DNA of 64,000 nt from Candidatus Melainabacteria bacterium 17Bon1m. GTDB taxonomy: Bacteria; Cyanobacteriota; Vampirovibrionia; Obscuribacterales; Obscuribacteraceae. Below, piece after piece: positions 9,014 through 18,517 of this stretch. Made by a program: the position numbers and the translations under genes. The notes beneath the pieces are model-generated. The model was not told the origin of the DNA. It searched no databases and worked only from the letters and a program-made list of their open reading frames with translations. The stretch spans positions 1,024,001-1,088,000 of the forward strand of contig JAVLKG010000002.1 in NCBI GenBank assembly GCA_032128875.1. Reading direction: 5' to 3'. Within the stretch, counting starts at the first letter, position 1; every line of letters begins with the position of its first letter.

Positions 9014-9793
9014 TTGAAGACCATGAAAGACACCTGGCGATTAATTGATTACGAAAGCTTCGATGCTGCCACCAACATGGCGTTGGACGAAGCCATTCTC
9101 GAGGCGCATATTGCAGGAGCGGTGCCTCCTACTCTGCGGTTTTACGGGTGGGCACCACCTGCAGTGTCAATTGGCTACGGACAGAAATTGCCGGAAAAGG
9201 CGCGGGAGAAAATTGTCGCACGAGGATTCGATGTTGTCAGACGACCCACCGGTGGACGTGCCGTTCTTCATCTTGATGAACTCACATATTCATTCGTCGG
9301 GTCTGGAAAGACTTTAGGCTCGAGCGTAATCGAATCCTATAAAAAAATATGTCAGGCTTTGATTCTTGGTTTTAAAAATTTAGGCGTCGATGTGGAAATT
9401 GGCAAAGGTCAGACCGCTGACAGCCAAATGCACGATTGCTTTACGGCGACTACGACCGCCGATTTGCAATACAAAGGCAAGAAGATAGTCGGCAGTGCGC
9501 AACTGCGGCGCCATGATGCTCTCTTACAGCATGGCTCGATTCTTTTGTGTCAGGAGCAAAATTTGATGGGCGAGCTTTTGCTTAGCCGGGAAAGAAGTTT
9601 TTCCGAGGAAAAGCAGAGGCACGCCAATTTGTTTGAGATTACCGGCAGTGTCGTATCTGCGTTGGAATTAATTCCGGCGTTCAAAGACGGTTTTGAGAAA
9701 ACTTTCTCAATTGCGCTAGAGCCGGGCAATTTGACCGCGCTTGAGTGGCAAAAGGTCGAGGAGCTGAGAGCTAAAGAAGGGCTGCTCGTTTAA
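9014..9793 (+). CDS. Lipoate-protein ligase A family protein (LipM-like octanoyltransferase)
   Basis: NMALDEA, VRRPTGGRAVLH, KIVGSAQ, LQHGS. Confidence 0.88.
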   Translation: MKTMKDTWRLIDYESFDAATNMALDEAILEAHIAGAVPPTLRFYGWAPPAVSIGYGQKLPEKAREKIVARGFDVVRRPTGGRAVLHLDELTYSFVGSGKTLGSSVIESYKKICQALILGFKNLGVDVEIGKGQTADSQMHDCFTATTTADLQYKGKKIVGSAQLRRHDALLQHGSILLCQEQNLMGELLLSRERSFSEEKQRHANLFEITGSVVSALELIPAFKDGFEKTFSIALEPGNLTALEWQKVEELRAKEGLLV

Positions 9794-9800
9794 AGAAAAA

Positions 9801-9826
9801 TGCCGGCTGACCGCAATCAACCGGCA
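9801..9826. terminator. Probable bidirectional terminator hairpin between convergent genes
   Basis: TGCCGG...CCGGCA stem with an upstream A-tract. Confidence 0.45.
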
Positions 9827-9846
9827 CTCTTCATGGCGTAAAACTA

Positions 9847-10491
9847 TTATTTGAGAATTCTCTTCAGGGACGCATCAACTGCCACTTGCGGCGGTTCCAC
9901 GTTCCTCTTCAAGTCGCGGAAAATGTTTTCTGCTGTGTCTTTGAGCGTCTTGTGCACAAACATCTTTGGCGTAAAAAAGCCGGGATCGACATGTTTGGCA
10001 TAGGTCACCAATGTGGATCTCCCGCCATCAACTGCTGCAAGGTCCCAATATCCTTCATTGGCTTTGAAAGACCCCTGTACTCGAGTCCATTCGATGCGAT
10101 TCGGTTTGCTTTGATCGATGGCTAGAACATAATCAAGCTTTACCAGCCCAGCTGCTTTTGCATTAAATCTTACGTGTTTGACACCATTCTTCTCGCTCAG
10201 AACTTCGCAAGCTGTCAGGTTTGAGAAATACCGGACGGCATTCGGATAGTCGGTGACTACGTCGAAAACTTTCTGAGGGGGAGCATGAACAACTGTTTTA
10301 CTGATAATGAAGTCTTTTTTGCCGATTTCCTGCTCCTGGTGCACAACTCCAGTGAGCGGAACAGCCATTGCGACTGCTTTTGAATCCACTTGAGCTTCGG
10401 CAAACGAGGGAACATTTAGGCTGGAAGACAGCAGCAAGGCCACCACGGCTGCACCAATAGCGGTGCTCCGCGTCCACAGGGTAGGGCGCAT
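9847..10491 (-). CDS. Exported SRPBCC/START (polyketide cyclase-like) lipid-binding protein
   Basis: Signal peptide ending SFA; HAPPQKVFDVVTDY, GSFKANEGYW. Confidence 0.8.
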   Translation of the reverse strand: MRPTLWTRSTAIGAAVVALLLSSSLNVPSFAEAQVDSKAVAMAVPLTGVVHQEQEIGKKDFIISKTVVHAPPQKVFDVVTDYPNAVRYFSNLTACEVLSEKNGVKHVRFNAKAAGLVKLDYVLAIDQSKPNRIEWTRVQGSFKANEGYWDLAAVDGGRSTLVTYAKHVDPGFFTPKMFVHKTLKDTAENIFRDLKRNVEPPQVAVDASLKRILK

Positions 10492-10916
10492 ATCAGATAC
10501 CTATTTCATGAGACGACGCAACAGACAGTTAACAGCAATGCAGCCATGCCCCTGGCTCGCTGCCTATGCGATCAAACGACGCCCCCTTGGTTGCAAAGTT
10601 CCCAAGAATCAAGAAAGATAGCTTTCATCGGCAATGAGCAAAAATGTTAGTTGCCTCGTCCTAATCTACTAAGAGCTATGGAAGAACTCTCGGCAACATT
10701 TATGGACCCAACTAGTCCAATAAATGTGGGCAAGAAACCTTGAAAACCCGCGCCCGCTTAAAATTCTTAAAAATCACCCGACTTTTGGACTTTGCTGGCA
10801 GGACAAGTCAATGAAATAGTTCGTCACGACCGCTGGGATAAGCGTTTCCTCAATTGTATAATCTTCATTAACGCCGCAAAGCCGTAACGGCGCATCTTTT
10901 TTATAGGAAGCTTTTG

Positions 10917-13247
10917 ATGCCCCAGCCCATTGAGGCTAGACTCTTTGAAATTCTCAGCCGTCAAGCTCGGCCGCAGGAAGAGCTCGACTATGTTCGCAAG
11001 GCTTATGAATTCGCCTTCAAGAGTCACGATGGACAGGTTCGAAAGTCGGAAGAGCCATACATAATTCACCCTGTAGAAGTCGCCTGCCTGCTTTCAGAGC
11101 TCAACTGCGACTATCAGACCATAGCCGCTGGTCTTCTTCATGATGTCCTTGAGGACTGCGATGTTAAGCCTAAGGAGATGGAAGAGAAGTTCGGCAAACC
11201 AGTCCTCAAGATTGTCGAGGGTGTCACAAAGCTAGGTAAGTTCAGCTTTAGCTCTAAGGAAGAACGGCAAGCCGAAAATTTCCGCAAGCTTATTGTTGCT
11301 ATTTCAGAAGATATTCGAGTCGTTCTTGTGAAACTGGCAGACCGTCTGCACAATATGCGGACGATGGAGTACATGTTGCCGCGCAAGCAATGTGAAATTG
11401 CCAAGGAAACTCTCGAGATTTATGCGCCCCTGGCTAACCGTTTCGGTTTGGGACGCATGAAGTGGGAACTCGAGGACCTCGGTCTCAAATACCTTCACCC
11501 TGAAGAATTCACTGAGATTGAAAGACTGGTAGCTGATACGCACTCTGAAAGGGATTACTTGATTGAGCAAGTAGTCGAGAAAATGCGCAGCGAGTTGGAT
11601 AACCGCGGCATTGAAGCGGAGATAGTGGGGCGTCCCAAGCACTTCTTCGGCATCTGGAAAAAGATGAAGAAGCAGCAGAAGACTTTCGAAGAACTCTATG
11701 ACGTTCTGGCCATCAGAGTAATCATCGATAGCAATCAGGACAAAAATTACTGCGAACTGAACGCAGACCCAGACACTCAAAAATGCTACGAAGTTATGGG
11801 ACTGGTACACGCGCTGTTCAAGCCGATTCCAGGCCGCTTCAAAGATTACATAGCCATGCCGAAGGCAAATAACTACCAGTCGTTGCACACGGCTGTGGTT
11901 GGACCAAAAGGCAAGCCTGTTGAAATTCAAATCCGTACGCGCAGAATGCATCACGTTGCCGAGTATGGTATCGCGGCTCACTGGGCATACAAAGAAGCTG
12001 GAGATTCTGTCGTCGCTGACAGCCAGGATGATCAAAAGCTCGCATGGTTGAGACAGTTAGTCGACTGGCAACAAGATCTTGCCGATGCGCAAGAGTATCT
12101 TGATACGGTGAAAATGGACCTTTTCGCCGACGAGGTATTTGTATTCAGTCCGCGTGGTGATGTCTATGATTTACCGAAAGGCTCCACACCAATCGATTTC
12201 GCTTATCGTGTACACACAGATGTAGGTCATAAGTGCATTGGTGCCCGTATCAATGACCGGATAGTGCCTCTGAATACTGCGATGAAAAACGGCGATATTG
12301 TCGAAATCATCACCAGTAAAAACGCGCACCCGACCATGGACTGGCTTAACTTCGCCAAGACCCACAGCGCTAAGAGCCGAATTCGACAGTGGTTCAAGAA
12401 GCACCATCGCGAGGAGCATATCCAACAGGGCCGTCAAATGTTGGAAGAAGAACTCGGCAAAGGTGCGCTCGACGAATTTCTCAAATCGGACAAGGTCAAG
12501 GAAGTCGGAAAACGGCTTAACATCTCTGATCCTGACGACATTTTGGCAGCTGTCGGTTATGGTGATCTGTCCGTCGTGCAAGTTGCAAATCGAGTTCGTG
12601 AAAAAGACGCCAAGGATGCAGTCGATAAGACACTCGAAAAAATCTCGATCGGTGGTCAACCCGCCAAGCAAAGCTCGATCGGCAGCCTGGGCGGTTTGCT
12701 GCACCACCTGGCAAAATGCTGCCAGCCTGTTCCGGGCGAAGAGATCATCGGTATTGTCACCAGAGGCAGTGGCATCGCCGTGCACAAAGCAGACTGCAAC
12801 AACTTACAGAAGGTTGATGTCGAACGCTGTATGGCTGTAGATTGGTCGCCTGAAAGACACACCACCTATCCTGCCGCGTTGACAATCGAATGCCTCGATC
12901 GCATCGGTATTGCGCACGACATTCTCAAAAAAGTTTCCAACTTCGAAGTCAACTTGCGCGATCTGAAAGTCGAAACGCAACGAGATAAAAAAACCGCCAC
13001 TATTCATTTGATTATGGAAGTTCTCGATATCGAGCAGTTGACGCGGGTTGCGCAGTCGATCAGCCAAATCAGCGATGTCCTTCGTGTACAAAGAAAGGAT
13101 CACAGACGCCGAGGCGGCAATGGCAACGGCAATGGCGCAAACTCACAAGCTGCTAAAACAAGTAATGTGACACCGCTCAATTCTGCTAAAAAAAAACGGA
13201 CAGATGAAGGCAAAGGTCAGCGGAAGGGTCAGAAAAAAGCAGAATGA
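10917..13247 (+). CDS. rel: Bifunctional (p)ppGpp synthetase/hydrolase, RelA/SpoT family
   Basis: Intact HD motif LHDVLED, KLADRLHN, RFKDY, EIQIRT, TGS, Zn-finger and ACT domains; basic C-terminal tail. Confidence 0.96.
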   Translation: MPQPIEARLFEILSRQARPQEELDYVRKAYEFAFKSHDGQVRKSEEPYIIHPVEVACLLSELNCDYQTIAAGLLHDVLEDCDVKPKEMEEKFGKPVLKIVEGVTKLGKFSFSSKEERQAENFRKLIVAISEDIRVVLVKLADRLHNMRTMEYMLPRKQCEIAKETLEIYAPLANRFGLGRMKWELEDLGLKYLHPEEFTEIERLVADTHSERDYLIEQVVEKMRSELDNRGIEAEIVGRPKHFFGIWKKMKKQQKTFEELYDVLAIRVIIDSNQDKNYCELNADPDTQKCYEVMGLVHALFKPIPGRFKDYIAMPKANNYQSLHTAVVGPKGKPVEIQIRTRRMHHVAEYGIAAHWAYKEAGDSVVADSQDDQKLAWLRQLVDWQQDLADAQEYLDTVKMDLFADEVFVFSPRGDVYDLPKGSTPIDFAYRVHTDVGHKCIGARINDRIVPLNTAMKNGDIVEIITSKNAHPTMDWLNFAKTHSAKSRIRQWFKKHHREEHIQQGRQMLEEELGKGALDEFLKSDKVKEVGKRLNISDPDDILAAVGYGDLSVVQVANRVREKDAKDAVDKTLEKISIGGQPAKQSSIGSLGGLLHHLAKCCQPVPGEEIIGIVTRGSGIAVHKADCNNLQKVDVERCMAVDWSPERHTTYPAALTIECLDRIGIAHDILKKVSNFEVNLRDLKVETQRDKKTATIHLIMEVLDIEQLTRVAQSISQISDVLRVQRKDHRRRGGNGNGNGANSQAAKTSNVTPLNSAKKKRTDEGKGQRKGQKKAE

Positions 13248-13831
13248 AGGTCATTCTAGCCACCCATAATCCGGGCAAGATTCGAGAGTTCTCGCAAATG
13301 GCCGAGCCTTATGGCATCGAGCTTTTGCCTATGCCTGATGATTTAGATCCGGAAGAAACCGGTTCGACTTTTCTCGAGAATGCACTTATAAAGGCTCATG
13401 CGGCCGCCAAGGTCACGAACATGCCTGCCGTAGCAGATGACTCGGGGCTGGAGATCGAAGCCTTAGATGGGCGTCCTGGAATACGTTCGGCGCGTTATTG
13501 CGAAGGAACCGACAAAGACAGAAGAGAAAAGATTCTCGAGGAAATGGCCGGCATACCTGAAGGGAAGCGACAAGCGGCATTCGTTTGCGCAATGGCTCTT
13601 TGTTTGCCGGATGGCACTGTTCTCAAAACTACTGAGGAGCGTTGGCACGGCAGTATTGGATTTGCCTCGCGCGGTGAAAACGGATTTGGCTATGACCCGA
13701 TTTTTGAACTAGATGGTAGAAATCAAACCTCAGCAATGATTACAAATGAAGAGAAAAACACACTTTCTCATCGTGGTCAGGCTTGGCGCAAAATGGTTGA
13801 TTTCATCGGGTCTGCGGACATGAAAGTCTGA
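13244..13831 (+). CDS. rdgB: Non-canonical purine NTP pyrophosphatase (RdgB/HAM1)
   Basis: ATHNPGK, ADDSGL, GFGYDPIF, SHRG; ATGA overlap with rel. Confidence 0.95.
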   Translation: MKVILATHNPGKIREFSQMAEPYGIELLPMPDDLDPEETGSTFLENALIKAHAAAKVTNMPAVADDSGLEIEALDGRPGIRSARYCEGTDKDRREKILEEMAGIPEGKRQAAFVCAMALCLPDGTVLKTTEERWHGSIGFASRGENGFGYDPIFELDGRNQTSAMITNEEKNTLSHRGQAWRKMVDFIGSADMKV

Positions 13832-13915
13832 AAACCGGCTTGTCAAGCACATTCAAACTTTCCAAGGTGGGAATTTCAGCATAGGCCTGGCAGTTTCCAA
13901 GAATTAGGCTCTTAA

Positions 13916-14272
13916 TTGTGGATGCACTCGCATTCCACAACCCAATCCCTTTCGGAGTTTTTCTGCGTGACCGAGCCGTTTTCTCCTAACGCATTGCCGT
14001 CCTCGACAAATGCCGCTGCAGTTGCTGCCGGCGTGTCGCCATCTGGTTCAAATTCGATCTCACTGTCACCGGTGGGAGAGCAAATTTCCTTTCAACCGGG
14101 TGAACGGTTCGAGCCGACTGATGTACAGCAAGTACAGACACACAACGACTGGCAGCCTAATGAGGAAGATTTGATTCCAAGCTTTGGCGTCGAACGCGCC
14201 CGTGAATTGCTCATGTGGCTCATCAATTTGGAACTTCGTTTGCCTCCATACAGTGAAGTTTCGCCGGCCTGA
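13916..14272 (+). CDS. Hypothetical protein (true start may be GTG 13967)
   Basis: The ORF fills the gap between rdgB and the deaminase gene on the same strand; no recognised motif. Confidence 0.4.
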   Translation: MWMHSHSTTQSLSEFFCVTEPFSPNALPSSTNAAAVAAGVSPSGSNSISLSPVGEQISFQPGERFEPTDVQQVQTHNDWQPNEEDLIPSFGVERARELLMWLINLELRLPPYSEVSPA

Positions 14273-14343
14273 CTTCCGGGACGGATTTCATCTTCCACTT
14301 ATGGTATGTTTCTTCCTGTTTTATACTGCAGGGAGTCACTGAT

Positions 14344-14736
14344 TTGGAGCGTCTGGCTGAATATAAAGCGCTTGTCGACTACGCGAAGAAAGCCGCTGAC
14401 TCGGCGTACGCTCCGTATTCAAAGATGCCTCAAGGAGCTGCAGTGCTGTCTGTCGACGGACGGATGTACAAAGGTTCGAAAATGGAATGTGCTGCGTATG
14501 GTGGCGCTGTCTGCGCTGAGACTGCGGCACTGACTGCTGCCGTTAGCGAAGGCGTACGCAAGTTCAAAGCCATCGCCATTCATCCTGCCGAGTATCCATG
14601 CGGGTCAACCAGACAAATGCTGGCCGAGTTCGGTATCGATCTGGATGTTGTAACCGAGAATGCAGATGGTCAGCTAAACGTGGTCAACTTGAAAGACCTG
14701 TTGCCATCTCACTTTGGCCCGGACAACTTGAGTTAG
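14344..14736 (+). CDS. cdd: Cytidine deaminase-like protein with a divergent Zn site
   Basis: AYAPYS, GAAV, CAE, PCGSTRQ, LLPSHF; AGGGAG RBS before TTG. Confidence 0.8.
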   Translation: MERLAEYKALVDYAKKAADSAYAPYSKMPQGAAVLSVDGRMYKGSKMECAAYGGAVCAETAALTAAVSEGVRKFKAIAIHPAEYPCGSTRQMLAEFGIDLDVVTENADGQLNVVNLKDLLPSHFGPDNLS

Positions 14737-16188
14737 GTGCGCATGACTACAGCAACGGATCAAACACCACCGACCAACAGTTCTGAAAGTACCGGCGATG
14801 TTGCTGGACTTTGGGGACATCCAAGCGGTCTCACCACGCTATTCTTCACGGAATTGTGGGAACGGTTTAGCTACTATGGTATGCGCGCAATCTTGATGCT
14901 GTATATGGTGGCAGCCGTTGCTGACGGTGGAATGGCCATGGACACAAGAACTGCTGCCACTATCTATGGTGCGTACACTTCCGCTGTGTATGTTACTTCT
15001 ATTCCAGGCGGTCTAATCGCAGATAAGTTTCTTGGTGCCAAAATGTGCATCCTTGTGGGTGGAAGCATTATTGCGCTTGGTCACTTTACGTTGGCGATTC
15101 ACTCGCAGTTCGCTTTCTATGCAGGATTGATCTTGATTATTCTAGGAACAGGCCTGCTCAAGCCGAACATCAGCACATTGTTGGGCAGTCTTTATTCTGC
15201 AGATGATGACCGCCGCGATGGTGGCTTTTCGATTTTCTACATGGGCATTAATATCGGCGCCGCACTATCACCACTGGTTTGTGGATATTTGGCGCAAAGT
15301 GACCAGTTCAAGTCTTTCATTGCTGGTTATGGATTTAAACCATCAGATAGTTGGCACTTCGGATTTGCGGCTGCGGGAATCGGGATGCTTATTGGGCTTG
15401 CGCATTTTCTCTTTCAATACAAGCGTCTAGGCAGTAAGGGGGCAAGACCAATTGGAAAACAAAGCGTTGCTGCAAGTTCCGATTCTAACGAAACAAAACC
15501 AGTCGATGAACCGAGAAAAAACGAAGAAAAGCTTCCTCTGTCAAAGCAGGAATGGAGCCGTTTGGGAGCGATTGCAATTCTGTTTTCGTTCGCTGCCTTC
15601 TTCTGGGCGGTTTATGAACAAGACGGATCAAGTTTGAACTTATTTGCCGATCGACTGACTGATTGTTCTATCGCAGGCTGGAAATTTCCCTCCAGCTGGT
15701 TTCAAACATTGCCAGCGGTTTACTGCATTATTCTCGCGCCGGCTTTCTCTGTACTATGGGTGAAGATGGGACATAGGCAGCCGTCCAGCCCTGCTAAGTT
15801 CGCAATTGGTCTTGCTTTGTTGGGTGCCGGGATCGGTATTATGGTGCCCGCATCACTGCTTGCTGCGCAAGGAAAAGTTGGGCCTATTTGGCTGGTTCTT
15901 TCGTATCTTTTGCAAGTGCTCGGCGAAATGTGTTTGAGTCCGGTTGGACTTTCAACTGTTTCAAAACTCGCACCAGCACGTTTTGCCAGCAGCACAATGG
16001 GTGTCTGGATGCTCGCTACGGCGTGTGGAAACTTCTTGGCTGGCTATCTTGCAGGCTTCTTCGACGAGAACAGCACCAGCACGCTGATATCCATGTTTGG
16101 ATTTATGGGCGGTTTCCTATTCCTAGCCGCTTTCGTTCTCTGGTGTCTGACTCCACTTGTAAAACGGCTTATGAGTGGCATTCGCTAA
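14737..16188 (+). CDS. Proton-dependent oligopeptide (POT/PTR2) MFS transporter
   Basis: ELWERFSYYGMR, GLLKPN, FYMGINIGA, EMCLSPVGLS. Confidence 0.93.
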   Translation: MRMTTATDQTPPTNSSESTGDVAGLWGHPSGLTTLFFTELWERFSYYGMRAILMLYMVAAVADGGMAMDTRTAATIYGAYTSAVYVTSIPGGLIADKFLGAKMCILVGGSIIALGHFTLAIHSQFAFYAGLILIILGTGLLKPNISTLLGSLYSADDDRRDGGFSIFYMGINIGAALSPLVCGYLAQSDQFKSFIAGYGFKPSDSWHFGFAAAGIGMLIGLAHFLFQYKRLGSKGARPIGKQSVAASSDSNETKPVDEPRKNEEKLPLSKQEWSRLGAIAILFSFAAFFWAVYEQDGSSLNLFADRLTDCSIAGWKFPSSWFQTLPAVYCIILAPAFSVLWVKMGHRQPSSPAKFAIGLALLGAGIGIMVPASLLAAQGKVGPIWLVLSYLLQVLGEMCLSPVGLSTVSKLAPARFASSTMGVWMLATACGNFLAGYLAGFFDENSTSTLISMFGFMGGFLFLAAFVLWCLTPLVKRLMSGIR

Positions 16189-16232
16189 TTAGTAGTGCCA
16201 CTATATGTGGTGCGTCAAAAAGTGCGCACAAA

Positions 16233-16268
16233 CAAAAAGACCGTCCAGATTGCTCTGCGACGGTTTTC
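16233..16268. terminator. Bidirectional terminator
   Basis: AAAAAG-ACCGTC-CAGA-TTGC-TCTG-C-GACGGT-TTT: T-runs follow the stem on both strands. Confidence 0.6.
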
Positions 16269-16442
16269 ATGCTACTGCCTGACTGCCCTTTGCGTTAGGG
16301 CTCAGTATTTCGATGCGCTTCAGTCAGTCCTTCACGCATTGCGGGCTCGCTTGCTACAGTGTCCGGTCAGCGCCGACCTGTCGTTTCCACAAGGCCCCTC
16401 GGCTCAAAGCGCTCAACATTTAAGTGAGCACTCACCGTTGAT
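16233..16442 (-). ncRNA. Candidate ~210-nt structured RNA
   Basis: Minus-strand TTGAAG-N16-TAAACT promoter-like site, four consecutive hairpins and a terminator. Confidence 0.4.
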
Positions 16443-16778
16443 GCATTTAGTTTATCGCGTTGACGCATAGCTTCAAGTACCCCACTGAACATTTTATGGT
16501 TGCATACTTGGCAATAGCGAGATGCTGAGCGGATATAGGACTTCGATTGTCTAATGCGTTAACAAGCGCTCGGCCCTTTTGTGTCCCTTAAAGAGTTCCT
16601 GTTGCGTATGCTTTGTGCCTCTTTTGGATATTTTTCGAATATTTGTTGATTATCTTGCGAGTTCATCATTTCGATTAATAAATGAGACACAACGGGCGTT
16701 TTCTCCGTCCCTGGTGGTTATTGCGGATAAAATAGCGTTTTCCTCGCCCAGTCAAACGTTATAGAGGCAGAACAGTCC

Positions 16779-18362
16779 ATGGGTTACAACGATCTCAGAG
16801 AATTCATCGAAGTGCTAGATCGGCACGGTGAGCTAATAAGAATCGATGCCAAGGTTTCAGCTGATTTGGAAATCGCTGAAATTACCGATCGCGTGAGCAA
16901 ATCCACCGATGGTTCTAACAAAGCGCTCTTGTTCACTAACGTTGATGGCTACGACATGCCAGTTTTGATTAATGCGTTTGGATCGATGAAACGCATGTGC
17001 TTGGCGTTGGAAACTGAAAGTTTGGACGATATCGCCGATCGTATCCGTCATTTGATCAAACCGAAGGTTCCAGAAAATTTCCTTGAAAAGTTGGCTCTCC
17101 TACCCACTCTTATGGATGTGGCCAAGTTTCCGCCTAAACTTTCCGGCGGTGCTGCACCGTGTCAGGAAGTGGTCATTACCGATCCTTCCGAGCCGATGTT
17201 GGACAAGCTGCCCATTATTAAATGCTGGCCGGAAGATGCTGGTCCTTTCGTAACCTTAGGCGTTGTGATCACTCGTGATCCAAAAACCGGCATCCGCAAT
17301 CTTGGAGTTTACCGGCTTCAAAAGTACGGCAACAATCTCACGGGAATGCACTGGCACAAGCATCATGACGGTGCAAAACATTTTGAAGAATCTCGCCGTG
17401 ACTCACGCGGAGAATGGAAAGAAACGTCACGCGGCACAGAGCCGCCCAACTATGGAACGTTTTTTGACGAGAAAGAAGCACAGAAAGCTAGCAATAAACT
17501 AGAAGTAGCTATTGTTCTTGGTGCAGACCCAGCGGTAACTTACGCTGCTACTGCTCCTTTGCCGCCGGATATAGATGAGCTTTTATTTGCGGGATTTTTG
17601 AGACAAAGCCCTGTACGTCTAACCAAATGCAAAACAATAGACCTAGAAGTACCCGCTAATGCGGAGATCGTTATTGAAGGCTATGTAGAACAATCGGAGT
17701 TGAGAGAAGAGGGGCCTTTTGGTGATCACACAGGCTTCTACAGCTTAGCCGGGCTTTTCCCTGTTCTTCACGTAACTGCAGTCACTCACAGAAGAAACCC
17801 TATATATCAAACAACAATAGTAGGTATTCCTCCTCAAGAAGACTGTTATTTAGGCAAAGCTACAGAACGTATATTCCTGCCAATGGTTCAGATGCTTGTT
17901 CCGGAAATCGTAGATATGAATCTTCCGTGGGAAGGTGTCTTCCACAACTGTGTAATTCTCGCGATAGACAAACGCTTTCCTGGCCATGCCAAAAAGGTGA
18001 TGAGCGCTTTGTGGGGATTAGGTCAGCTTATGTTCACCAAGTTCGCCATAGTGCTCGATAAGGACGTGGATGTTCAGAATCTGTCTCAGGTTGCTTTGCA
18101 CGTGTTTGGAAACACAGATCCAAAAAGAGACATGATGTTCGTAGAAGGACCTTTGGACATTTTGGACCACGCCAGCCCCTTGCTGGGCTATGGCAGCAAA
18201 GTTGGCATTGACGCGACCCGAAAGTGGAGAGCAGAGGGCTTTGAGCGGGATTGGCCAAAACCTTTGGAAATGTGCGAAGATGTCAAGAAGGTGGTGTCTA
18301 CCCGGTGGGAGGAGTATGGCATTAGCGCCGTAGCGCGCCCACCTGCGGCTTTTAAGCGTTAA
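16779..18362 (+). CDS. UbiD-family decarboxylase (menaquinone biosynthesis type)
   Basis: DLREFI, NLGVYRLQ, MHWHKHHDG, EGPFGDHTGFY, GPLDILDH, GIDAT. Confidence 0.9.
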   Translation: MGYNDLREFIEVLDRHGELIRIDAKVSADLEIAEITDRVSKSTDGSNKALLFTNVDGYDMPVLINAFGSMKRMCLALETESLDDIADRIRHLIKPKVPENFLEKLALLPTLMDVAKFPPKLSGGAAPCQEVVITDPSEPMLDKLPIIKCWPEDAGPFVTLGVVITRDPKTGIRNLGVYRLQKYGNNLTGMHWHKHHDGAKHFEESRRDSRGEWKETSRGTEPPNYGTFFDEKEAQKASNKLEVAIVLGADPAVTYAATAPLPPDIDELLFAGFLRQSPVRLTKCKTIDLEVPANAEIVIEGYVEQSELREEGPFGDHTGFYSLAGLFPVLHVTAVTHRRNPIYQTTIVGIPPQEDCYLGKATERIFLPMVQMLVPEIVDMNLPWEGVFHNCVILAIDKRFPGHAKKVMSALWGLGQLMFTKFAIVLDKDVDVQNLSQVALHVFGNTDPKRDMMFVEGPLDILDHASPLLGYGSKVGIDATRKWRAEGFERDWPKPLEMCEDVKKVVSTRWEEYGISAVARPPAAFKR

Positions 18363-18517
18363 ACACGTTGTAAAGAGATATTTTTTTTCTGAAAACGTGT
18401 TGAAACTCGCTTAATCGTGGCATAAGACCTTTACGGACCCCTAGATTGCACGGGGTCGACAAACCGCTCCACTGAGCGGTGGTCTCATCATACTTATTAC
18501 GCCTGGTGTGGTTCCCT

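Noticed and set aside
16195-16470. 91-aa plus-strand ORF
   Set aside because: It crosses the transporter's terminator and has no RBS or recognisable motif.
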